Shown: in pieces, positions 19,523-27,886 of the stretch
Numbering within the stretch: the stretch's first letter is position 1
Layout of the letters: every line of letters starts with the position of its first letter
NCBI GenBank assembly: GCA_947632515.1
Contig: CANRPO010000003.1
Coordinates: 82,065 to 146,064, forward strand
Length of the DNA stretch: 64,000 nucleotides
Reading direction: 5' to 3'
DNA from: an uncultured Lachnospiraceae bacterium
Lineage (GTDB): Bacteria > Bacillota > Clostridia > Lachnospirales > Lachnospiraceae
Notes under the pieces: model-generated
What the model saw: only the letters and a program-made list of their open reading frames with translations
Database searches by the model: none
Told to the model about the DNA's origin: nothing
Made by a program: the position numbers and the translations under genes

Positions 19523-19567
19523 GTTGACATAATCCGACATCTCATTGTATAGTTATGTTGACATAAT
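19523..19567 (+). promoter_or_regulatory. sigmaA promoter plus palindromic operator upstream of the giant autolysin
   Basis: TTGACA(19524)-N18-TATAGT; GTTGACATAAT direct repeat at 19523 and 19557; near-palindrome TTATGT-TG-ACATAA at 19553-19566. Confidence 0.55.
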
Positions 19568-19634
19568 ATGAAAATTATGGTAAACAGTACACGGCGCGGG
19601 GATATGTCTGCGCGGCGAAAGGATTTCGGTACAT

Positions 19635-22600
19635 ATGAAAAACAGAGGGTTTGCGAAGAGATGGATCAAGATTGCGGCGTATCTGCTGGCGGTCAGTATG
19701 CTGTGCAGTCAATCTATGGTGGGTTTGGCAACGGAAGATCGATCCGAAACGGAGCAGAAGACGGAGACGACATCTGAAAAGAGCGAAACGGAGAAGACGG
19801 ATCAGGATGAAACCGATGCGGAAGAGATAAAAGAGGAGGACGAAAACGCAGAGTCCGGCGAGGAGGGATCCGACGGGCAGACACAAGAGGGAGAGGAAAC
19901 GTCCGAAATAAGATATATTACGGACATTGCGCCGCTCGCTGAAGAGGACGCCCGCCTGACCTATGAGGAGAAACCTTCGCAGGAGGAGCTTGCGGAGAAG
20001 TTTCCTGCGCTCCTCACCGTCACGTTGGACGGCGCGACGGACACGGAGGAGATCGAAGTAACCTGGGAGTGCGGGACGGACTACGGCGCACAGTGGTCGG
20101 GAGAGGGCAAAGAGAGTTATACGTTTGCGCCTAAGTGGGATGAGTCCGCGTATGCGCTCTCCGAGGAGGCGGCGGAGACGGTCGCGATCCCTGTTGTGAC
20201 CGTGGAGATCACACATAAGGATACGCCCCGGCAGATCGAGGACTTGGAGACGGCGCAGGAGGATCTGGAGGAGATCACGGAGCAGAAGAGCATCCTCGCG
20301 TTAGTGTATCTGTGCGACAAATACGAGGTGAAGGACGCGCCTTCCGCTGAGGGAGCCGTGGTGGATTCCGTGGTGTGCGGACAGTCTGTGCAGATCATCG
20401 GCGTGGAGCTGGACGATGCCGGAAACGCGTGGTACGAGGTATCGCTTTACGATCAGGATAAAAATTATACGGGCTATATAGAGCAGCGCTATCTGGCGTC
20501 CTCTGACGAGAAATTCTTAGGCTGGACGAACGAGTATGTGCAGAAGGCGAAAGAGCAGCCCAGGAAAAAAGCGCGGACGATCTCGCTCATGTCGTCGATC
20601 TCAAGCTATCCGGACGTGAATCAGTTCCCGCCTTCCTATCAGAATAAACTTTTGGCGCTGAAACAGAAGTATCCCAACTGGATCTTCGTCAAGATGGAGA
20701 CGGGGGTAGATTTTAATACGGCAGTCTCCAATGAGCTGGGAAACAAGAGTTGGATCAGCAGCTCCAAGCCGGCCTCGTGGAAGAACGGCGCGGCGGCGCA
20801 GAGCGGCTGGAGCTATGCCTCCGAGGGGATCCTGCGCTACTATATGGATCCGCGCAATTTCCTGACGGAGTCCTCGATCTTTCAGTTTGAACAACTCACC
20901 TACAACGAATCCTATCACACGGAGAGCGCGGTGCAGGCAATCGTGGCCAACTCGTTTATGAAGGGGGAGATCCCCAACGAGGGGATGACCTATGCGGGCG
21001 CTTTCACCGGGATCGGCAGAGAACTGAAGATCAGCCCCTTCCATCTGGCGTCGAGGGTACTGCAGGAGCAGGGCACGAAGGGCACTTCGCAGTTGATCTC
21101 AGGCACTTATAAAGGGTATGAAGGCTATTACAATTATTTCAACGTCGGGGCCAGCGGCAGAGACACGGAACTGATCGTCAAGGGGCTGACTGAGGCGAGA
21201 AACAGAGGGTGGAACAGCAGATATGCGTCGCTGAAGGGCGGGGCCGAGGTCATCGGCAAAAATTATATCCTGCGCGGGCAGGATACGCTGTATCTGCAGA
21301 AATTTAACGTGACCACCAACAACAGATACAACCATCAGTACATGCAGAATATCATGGCCCCGGCGTCGGAGGCGCCGAGCATCAACAAGGCGTACAGCAA
21401 TACCGGGTCGCTCAACAACAGCTTTGTGTTCAAGATCCCGGTATATGGCAATATGCCTGCGTCGGCATGTTCACAGCCCGACTCCACAGACACAATCACG
21501 CTGAACAAGGCGTCCATCGACAGTCTGGCGGTGGACAAGACGGAGAAATTGACGCCCTGTGTGAACGGTTCCAAAGTGGACAGTGTGAGCGCCTTAAGTT
21601 TCTCCAGCGACAACACGGGCGTTGCCATGGTGGACGCACAGGGCGTGGTTAAGGCGGTATCGCCCGGCACAGCGAAAATCACATGTTCCAAGAGCGGCGC
21701 GAAGAGCGCGTCGTGCACGGTGACGGTGGTGAAGGCGGAACCCGTGGTGGACACGCCGGTACTCTCTCCCGTCGTCTACAAGACCAGGCTGAAACTGTCC
21801 GATGTGAGCCTGCCGTCGGGCTGGAACTGGAGTAACGGAAACACCCCTCTGTCCGCAGGCACGGCCTCCTATCCGGCGGTCTATACCCCGGCGGATACCA
21901 CAAAATATCTGGCCGTGACAAGACAGATCGGCATCAAAGTCTCGCAGGCGATCCCGAGCTGCAGCGTGCCGGAGAAGCTGTCGGCAAAGATAGGGAGCAG
22001 GCTGGGAAGTATCGCGCTGCCAAATGGGTTCTCTTGGGAGAGCGACGGGGAGACGATTCTGGATCAGGCGGGCGAGAAGACTTTTTTCCTGTCCTACGAT
22101 CCGCAGGATAAAAATTATCTGGCGTTAAACCATATCCCGGTGATCGTCAGGGTGATCGATGACAGTGTGGAAACGGAAGATTCGGATGACGATTACATGG
22201 GGGATCTGCCCGAAAGCGGCGGCGGCAGTTCCGGGAGCGGAACAGGAAACGGCGGCAGCGGCTCGGGGAGCGGAACAGGAAACGGCGGCAGCGGCTCGGG
22301 GAGCGGAACAGGAAACGGCGGCAGCAGTTCCGGGAGCGGAGCAGGGAGCGGCGGCAGCAGTTCCGGGAGCGGAACAGAGAGCGGCGGCAGTGGCGACGGT
22401 GCGGCAGGACAGGGCGGTACAAGCGTTGACAGCACAGTGAGTCAGGGCAGCACGGGCAGCAGTTCGCCCAGTTTCAACGGCGGGCCTTCTGCGGAAGAAC
22501 CCGGCGGGGAAAACGATACCACGACCGGTAAGGGCAGTACCAGTGCAGAGAGCACAACCAGTAAGGAAAGCACCAGCGCGGAGAGCACGACCAGCAAGAG

Positions 22601-24179
22601 CAGCACCAGTACCGAGAGCACAACCAGTAAGAACAGCACCAGCGCGGAGAGTACGGTCGGCAAGAACAGTACCAGTGCGGAGAGCACAACCAGTAAGGGC
22701 AGCACCAGTGTAGAGAGTACAACTAGCAAGAATAGTACCAGTGTAGAGAGCACAACTGGTAAAGGTAGCACCAGTACCGAAAGTACAACCGGCAAGAGCA
22801 GCACCAGTGTAGAAAGTACGTCCGGCAAGAACAGCACCAGTGCTGAGAGCACGACTGGCAAGAACAGCACCAGCACCGAGAGTACAATCAGTAAGGGCAG
22901 TAGCAGTGTAGAGAGCACGACTAGTAAGGAAAGCACTAGCGCGGAGAGTACGACTAGTAAGGAAAGCACCAGCGCGGAGAGTACAATCAGTAAGAGCAGC
23001 ACCAGCGCGGAGAGCACGACCGGCAAGAGCAGCACCAGTGCTGAGAATACGGTCAGCGCGGGCGGAGCCAGTGTCAGGGGCAGCAGCAAAACTTCGGACA
23101 CCATAGCGGCAGGCACCAACCACAGCGAATTGCTGGCGGACGCTGAGCTTGTGTCGGAGCAGGATCAAGGGCAGGGATCGGAGGAACAGCCTGTCTACGA
23201 AAGGCCGTCCGTGACGATGGATATGGAGGATGTCTCCATTCTGACAGATGAGATGCTGCAGATGGCCAAGGAGCAGAACGTAGATTTGGCGCTCAGGATG
23301 AATGACCGCGCCACATGGCATGTGGATGCTGGCAGTGTGCGGGGCAGTTTTGCGGATATAGATATGAAGGTCCTGTTTGAGAGCGGCGTCATTCCCGGAG
23401 ATCTCCTGGCGCAGCTCGCGGGAGAAAACAAGTATCTGGAGTTTAGTCTTGCGCACGACGGGGCGTTTGGATTCGGGGCCGGACTGGAGATCCTGTTGAG
23501 TCCTGAGGACAGTGGGCGGTACGCCAACCTGTTTTATTACGATTCGGAGATTCCCGCGCTGGAATTCATATGCGCGAGCGTCATTGACGAGAACGGGTAC
23601 GCAGTATTTGATATGGAGCACGCGTCCGACTATGTGATCATCATCAGCGATGCCCCGATGACGGATGCTGTGGCGGAGCATACGGAAAGCGCCGAACCTG
23701 AACAGGGTTTTCCTTGGGGAAGGCTGGCGTTGGCGGTCGTGATTGTTGCAGTGCTTGCCGCATTGACGGCGGGCGGTTACTTCCTCTTCAAGTTCAAAAT
23801 CCGTGGGGATGAGGACGAGGAGGAAGAAGAGGGCGCAGACGAAGAAGGAGAAGAGGACGAAGACGAGGACGACGCAGACGACGAAGGAGAGATAGACATT
23901 CCGGCCGGCGCCGAAGAGACGGAGCAGACAAAGACGGCTGCCAGGGCAATCGAAACGACGGCTGAGACCGCGCAGCCGGATGAGCCTCAGAGCGCGGAGG
24001 ACGACTGGATCGAGGACGACGAGTGGCAGGAGCCGGAGCGTGCGGAGGAGAAGGATCCGTATGCGGACGATCACGCGGAGAACGACTGGATCGAGGATGA
24101 CGAGTGGGACAGCTCCAACGACTGGATGGACGACGAGGAGTGGGAGAAAAAAGAAAATGGGAGGAAAACCGACAGATAA
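19635..24179 (+). CDS. 1514-aa membrane-anchored cell-wall hydrolase: signal peptide, acidic region, SH3-like, GH73/LytD-like glucosaminidase, Ig-like (Big_2), Gly/Ser and Ser/Thr repeats, C-terminal TM, acidic tail
   Basis: YYMDPRNFL, SPFHLASRVLQEQG, GYYNYFNVGA, GQDTLYLQKFNV, HQYMQN; FSSDNTGVAMVDAQGVVKAVSPGTAKIT; HASDYVIII before TM LALAVVIVAVLAALTAGGYFLF. Confidence 0.8.
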   Translation: MKNRGFAKRWIKIAAYLLAVSMLCSQSMVGLATEDRSETEQKTETTSEKSETEKTDQDETDAEEIKEEDENAESGEEGSDGQTQEGEETSEIRYITDIAPLAEEDARLTYEEKPSQEELAEKFPALLTVTLDGATDTEEIEVTWECGTDYGAQWSGEGKESYTFAPKWDESAYALSEEAAETVAIPVVTVEITHKDTPRQIEDLETAQEDLEEITEQKSILALVYLCDKYEVKDAPSAEGAVVDSVVCGQSVQIIGVELDDAGNAWYEVSLYDQDKNYTGYIEQRYLASSDEKFLGWTNEYVQKAKEQPRKKARTISLMSSISSYPDVNQFPPSYQNKLLALKQKYPNWIFVKMETGVDFNTAVSNELGNKSWISSSKPASWKNGAAAQSGWSYASEGILRYYMDPRNFLTESSIFQFEQLTYNESYHTESAVQAIVANSFMKGEIPNEGMTYAGAFTGIGRELKISPFHLASRVLQEQGTKGTSQLISGTYKGYEGYYNYFNVGASGRDTELIVKGLTEARNRGWNSRYASLKGGAEVIGKNYILRGQDTLYLQKFNVTTNNRYNHQYMQNIMAPASEAPSINKAYSNTGSLNNSFVFKIPVYGNMPASACSQPDSTDTITLNKASIDSLAVDKTEKLTPCVNGSKVDSVSALSFSSDNTGVAMVDAQGVVKAVSPGTAKITCSKSGAKSASCTVTVVKAEPVVDTPVLSPVVYKTRLKLSDVSLPSGWNWSNGNTPLSAGTASYPAVYTPADTTKYLAVTRQIGIKVSQAIPSCSVPEKLSAKIGSRLGSIALPNGFSWESDGETILDQAGEKTFFLSYDPQDKNYLALNHIPVIVRVIDDSVETEDSDDDYMGDLPESGGGSSGSGTGNGGSGSGSGTGNGGSGSGSGTGNGGSSSGSGAGSGGSSSGSGTESGGSGDGAAGQGGTSVDSTVSQGSTGSSSPSFNGGPSAEEPGGENDTTTGKGSTSAESTTSKESTSAESTTSKSSTSTESTTSKNSTSAESTVGKNSTSAESTTSKGSTSVESTTSKNSTSVESTTGKGSTSTESTTGKSSTSVESTSGKNSTSAESTTGKNSTSTESTISKGSSSVESTTSKESTSAESTTSKESTSAESTISKSSTSAESTTGKSSTSAENTVSAGGASVRGSSKTSDTIAAGTNHSELLADAELVSEQDQGQGSEEQPVYERPSVTMDMEDVSILTDEMLQMAKEQNVDLALRMNDRATWHVDAGSVRGSFADIDMKVLFESGVIPGDLLAQLAGENKYLEFSLAHDGAFGFGAGLEILLSPEDSGRYANLFYYDSEIPALEFICASVIDENGYAVFDMEHASDYVIIISDAPMTDAVAEHTESAEPEQGFPWGRLALAVVIVAVLAALTAGGYFLFKFKIRGDEDEEEEEGADEEGEEDEDEDDADDEGEIDIPAGAEETEQTKTAARAIETTAETAQPDEPQSAEDDWIEDDEWQEPERAEEKDPYADDHAENDWIEDDEWDSSNDWMDDEEWEKKENGRKTDR
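22218..22382 (+). repeat. 5 x 33-bp in-frame tandem repeat (GGSGSGSGTGN-type)
   Basis: GGCGGCAGCGGCTCGGGGAGCGGAACAGGAAAC units read directly. Confidence 0.9.
22521..23048 (+). repeat. 16 x 33-bp in-frame tandem repeat (TT[SG]KxSTS[AVT]ES-type)
   Basis: 11-aa units counted in the translation from TTGKGSTSAES to TTGKSSTSAEN. Confidence 0.9.
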
Positions 24180-24183
24180 CCCC

Positions 24184-24213
24184 TTGACAACGCCATTTTG
24201 CGCACACTATAAT
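24184..24213 (+). promoter_or_regulatory. Consensus sigmaA promoter for T-box/ileS
   Basis: TTGACA-N18-TATAAT. Confidence 0.85.
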
Positions 24214-24235
24214 AAAGCGGTATCAGATATGGACA

Positions 24236-24549
24236 GACGTTGAGGAAGACAGTAGCCGATTTTTCAAAGGCACAGCGAGCCGGTGAGGGTGGGAGTCCGG
24301 CGCGAGTAGGAAATCGGGGAAGATCACTTCTTAGTCGCGGGCTGAACCTCTGTCGCGGATGTTTGAGAGATGACGGAGCAGTAGGAACCGACGGCGCCCC
24401 GCCGTTATCGGGAAACATATCGGTCGTGAGAGCGGCAGCCCTGCAAAGCCGGAAGGCGCGCGGGAACGCCGGGGAATCGGCCTGTATGTCGTAACGGGTG
24501 GTAAGCGGGAGTTTCAGACCTCGTCCTTTTACGGACGGGGTCTTTCTTA
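24236..24549 (+). ncRNA. T-box riboswitch (Ile, specifier AUC) with terminator
   Basis: AGTA box, GCGAG/GGTGGGAG stem I apex, GAAG-ATC specifier at 24323-24325, GGGTGGTAAGCGG T-box, terminator AGACCTCGTCC/GGACGGGGTCT + TT; lies upstream of ileS. Confidence 0.88.
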
Positions 24550-24597
24550 TGCGCACAGGCAGAGACGAAAATCATGGAAAGGAAAAGGAGAGCAAAC

Positions 24598-27500
24598 ATG
24601 TATCAGAAAGTTGACGCAAACTTAAACTTTGTTGACAGAGAGAAGGAAGTCTGCAAGTTCTGGAAGGACAACGATATTTTCCAAAAGAGCATGGACTCCC
24701 GCAGGGAGGGAGAGATCTATACGTTCTACGACGGGCCGCCGACGGCCAACGGCAAGCCGCATATCGGCCATGTGCTGACCCGCGTCATCAAGGATATGAT
24801 TCCCAGATACCGTACCATGAAAGGGTACATGGTGCCGCGCAAGGCGGGCTGGGATACGCACGGACTCCCGGTGGAGCTGGAGGTGGAGAAACTGCTCGGT
24901 CTGGACGGCAAGGAGCAGATCGAGGAGTACGGCTTGGATCCTTTTATCAGCAAGTGCAAGGAATCTGTCTGGAAATACAAGGGCATGTGGGAAGATTTCT
25001 CCAATACGGTCGGATTCTGGGCCGATATGGACGATCCCTATGTCACCTACCATGACGATTTTATCGAATCCGAGTGGTGGGCGCTCAAGCAGATCTGGGA
25101 CAAGGGTTTGCTGTACAAAGGCTTTAAGATCGTGCCCTACTGCCCCCGCTGCGGCACGCCGCTGTCCTCCCACGAGGTGGCGCAGGGCTACAAGGCGGTG
25201 AAGGAACGCTCGGCGGTGGTGCGTTTCAAAGTGGTGGGAGAGGACGCCTACTTCCTCGCGTGGACGACGACGCCGTGGACGCTGCCCTCCAATGTGGCGC
25301 TCTGCGTCAATCCGAACGAGACTTATGTGAAAGTGAAGGCGGCGGACGGGCGCACCTACTATATGGCGCAGGCGCTGTTAGACAATGTGCTGGGCAAGCT
25401 GGCGGAGGACGGAAACCCCGCGTACGAGGTACTGGAAACTTACGTCGGAACAGACTTGGAATACAAGGAGTACGAGCCGCTCTTTATCTGCGCGGGCGAG
25501 GAGGCAGAGAGGCAGCACAAGAAGGCGCATTACGTCACCTGCGACACCTATGTCACGATGACGGACGGCACCGGGATCGTCCATATCGCTCCCGCCTTCG
25601 GTGAGGACGACGCCAACGTGGGGCGCAAATATGATCTGCCCCTGGTGCAGTTTGTCAACGAGAAGGGTGAGATGACGGAGGAGACGGCCTATGCCGGGCT
25701 GTTTGTCAAGAAAGCCGACCCCGAGATCCTGAAAGATCTGGACAGGGAGGGCAAGCTGTTCGACGCGCCTAAGTTCGAGCATGACTATCCTTTCTGCTGG
25801 CGCTGCGACACGCCGCTCATCTACTATGCGCGCGAGTCGTGGTTTATCAAAATGACGGCGGTGCGGGACGATCTGGTGCGCAACAACAAGACGGTCAACT
25901 GGATCCCGGAATCCATCGGCGAGGGGCGTTTCGGCAACTGGCTGGAGAATATTCAGGACTGGGGCATCTCCCGGAACCGTTATTGGGGGACGCCGCTCAA
26001 CATCTGGGAATGCGAGTCCTGCGGACATATGCAGTCCGTCGGCTCCCGGGAGGAGCTGGAGCGTCTCTCCGGCGATCCCAAGGCGAAGACCGTGGAGCTG
26101 CACAGACCCTATATAGACGAGATCACCATGCCCTGTCCCGACTGCGGCGGGACGATGCGGCGGGTGCCGGAAGTCATCGACTGCTGGTTCGACTCCGGCG
26201 CGATGCCTTTTGCGCAGCACCACTATCCGTTTGAAAATCAGGATCTGTTTGAAAAGCAGTTCCCGGCTCAGTTCATCTCGGAGGCGGTGGACCAGACAAG
26301 GGGCTGGTTCTACTCCCTGATGGCGGAGTCCACGCTGCTGTTCAACAAGGCGCCCTTTGAGAATGTTATCGTGCTGGGACATGTGCAGGATGAGAACGGA
26401 CAGAAGATGAGCAAGTCCAAGGGAAACGCGGTGGATCCCTTCGAGGCGCTGGAGACATACGGGGCGGATGCGATTCGCTGGTATTTCTACATCAACTCCG
26501 CGCCGTGGCTGCCCAACCGTTTCCACGGCAAGGCGGTGCAGGAGGGACAGCGCAAGTTCCTCGGCACCCTGTGGAACACCTACGCGTTCTTCGTTCTGTA
26601 TGCGAATATCGACGGTTTTGACGCGACCGGGTACAGCTTGGAATACGACAGACTTCCCGTGATGGACAAGTGGCTTTTGTCCAAACTCAACACGGTCGTC
26701 AAAGAGGTGGACGACGATCTGGACCATTACAGGATCCCCGAGGCGGCCCGCGCGCTGGACGATTTTGTGGATGAGATGAGCAACTGGTATGTGAGAAGGA
26801 GCCGCGAGCGTTTCTGGGCGAAAGGCATGGAGCAGGATAAGATCAATGCTTACATGACGCTGTACACGGCGCTTGTGACGATCTGCAAGTGCGCCGCGCC
26901 GATGATCCCTTTTATGACGGAGGAGATCTATCTGAATCTGGTGCGGAGCATCGACCGGTCCGCGCCCGAGAGTATCCATCTGTGCGATTTCCCCGTGGCG
27001 GACGAGTCCATGATCGACAGAAAACTGGAGGCGGACATGGAGGAGGTTCTGAAGATCGTTGTGATGGGGCGCGCGGCCCGCAACGCGGCGAACATCAAGA
27101 ACCGTCAGCCCATCGGCACGATGTTCGTGAAGGCGGAGAACGCTCTGAATGAATTTTATCAGGAGATCGTCAAGGACGAACTGAATGTGAAGAGGATCAT
27201 CTTTACGGACGACGTGCGGGAATTTACGAGTTACAGTTTCAAGCCGCAGCTTAAGACGGTGGGGCCCAGGTACGGCAAACAGCTCGGCGGCATCCGGCAG
27301 CATCTGAGCGGCGTGGACGGCAATGCGGCCATGGATGAGCTGCGTGAAAAGGGCGCTCTCGTGTTCGATGTGGACGGCACGGAAGTGCGGCTCGCGGAGG
27401 AAGATCTGCTCATCGATATGGCGCAGAAGGAAGGGTATGTATCGGAGGCGGACAACAGCGTGACGGTGGTGCTGGACACAAACCTGACCGAGGAGTTGGT

Positions 27501-27753
27501 CGAGGAGGGATTTGTCTACGAGGTCATCAGCAAGATCCAGACGATGCGCAAGGACGCGGATTTCGAGGTGATGGACCACATCAGGGTGTCCGTGAGCGGC
27601 AACGACAGGGTGGCGCAGATTGTTCAGAAGAACGAGGCTGCCATCTCCGGGAAAGTGCTGGCGGATGCGATCCTGACGGACGTCTCCCTGGCCGTGTCCA
27701 GAGAGTGGAATGTCAACGGCGAGGCGGTGACCATCGGCGTGGAGCGGGTATAG
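24598..27753 (+). CDS. ileS: Isoleucine--tRNA ligase (type 2, eukaryote-like)
   Basis: YDGPPTANGKPHIGH, GWDTHGLPVE, WTTTPWT, SRNRYWGTP, KMSKS. Confidence 0.97.
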   Translation: MYQKVDANLNFVDREKEVCKFWKDNDIFQKSMDSRREGEIYTFYDGPPTANGKPHIGHVLTRVIKDMIPRYRTMKGYMVPRKAGWDTHGLPVELEVEKLLGLDGKEQIEEYGLDPFISKCKESVWKYKGMWEDFSNTVGFWADMDDPYVTYHDDFIESEWWALKQIWDKGLLYKGFKIVPYCPRCGTPLSSHEVAQGYKAVKERSAVVRFKVVGEDAYFLAWTTTPWTLPSNVALCVNPNETYVKVKAADGRTYYMAQALLDNVLGKLAEDGNPAYEVLETYVGTDLEYKEYEPLFICAGEEAERQHKKAHYVTCDTYVTMTDGTGIVHIAPAFGEDDANVGRKYDLPLVQFVNEKGEMTEETAYAGLFVKKADPEILKDLDREGKLFDAPKFEHDYPFCWRCDTPLIYYARESWFIKMTAVRDDLVRNNKTVNWIPESIGEGRFGNWLENIQDWGISRNRYWGTPLNIWECESCGHMQSVGSREELERLSGDPKAKTVELHRPYIDEITMPCPDCGGTMRRVPEVIDCWFDSGAMPFAQHHYPFENQDLFEKQFPAQFISEAVDQTRGWFYSLMAESTLLFNKAPFENVIVLGHVQDENGQKMSKSKGNAVDPFEALETYGADAIRWYFYINSAPWLPNRFHGKAVQEGQRKFLGTLWNTYAFFVLYANIDGFDATGYSLEYDRLPVMDKWLLSKLNTVVKEVDDDLDHYRIPEAARALDDFVDEMSNWYVRRSRERFWAKGMEQDKINAYMTLYTALVTICKCAAPMIPFMTEEIYLNLVRSIDRSAPESIHLCDFPVADESMIDRKLEADMEEVLKIVVMGRAARNAANIKNRQPIGTMFVKAENALNEFYQEIVKDELNVKRIIFTDDVREFTSYSFKPQLKTVGPRYGKQLGGIRQHLSGVDGNAAMDELREKGALVFDVDGTEVRLAEEDLLIDMAQKEGYVSEADNSVTVVLDTNLTEELVEEGFVYEVISKIQTMRKDADFEVMDHIRVSVSGNDRVAQIVQKNEAAISGKVLADAILTDVSLAVSREWNVNGEAVTIGVERV

Positions 27754-27886
27754 AATACAAAAAAACAGAATATCCGACAACAATTTAAGCACATTGCTTA
27801 TAGCCAAATCCGCAAATACCATATATAATAGAGTGGAGTTTATATTTTGCAACGAAACTTTCAGAGGCAAACGAGGAGGCACACGA

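Noticed and set aside
22218-23048. Possible CRISPR array
   Set aside because: Repeats are head-to-tail, in frame and have no unique spacers; no cas genes.
22442-23119. Minus-strand ORF with very hydrophobic LVLLLxVVLSA repeats
   Set aside because: It is the reverse reading of the Ser/Thr repeat array, with no independent expression signals seen.
24598-27753. Acquired mupirocin-resistance ileS2
   Set aside because: T-box-controlled housekeeping context, normal HIGH motif and no mobility genes; type 2 IleRS is usual in Clostridia.
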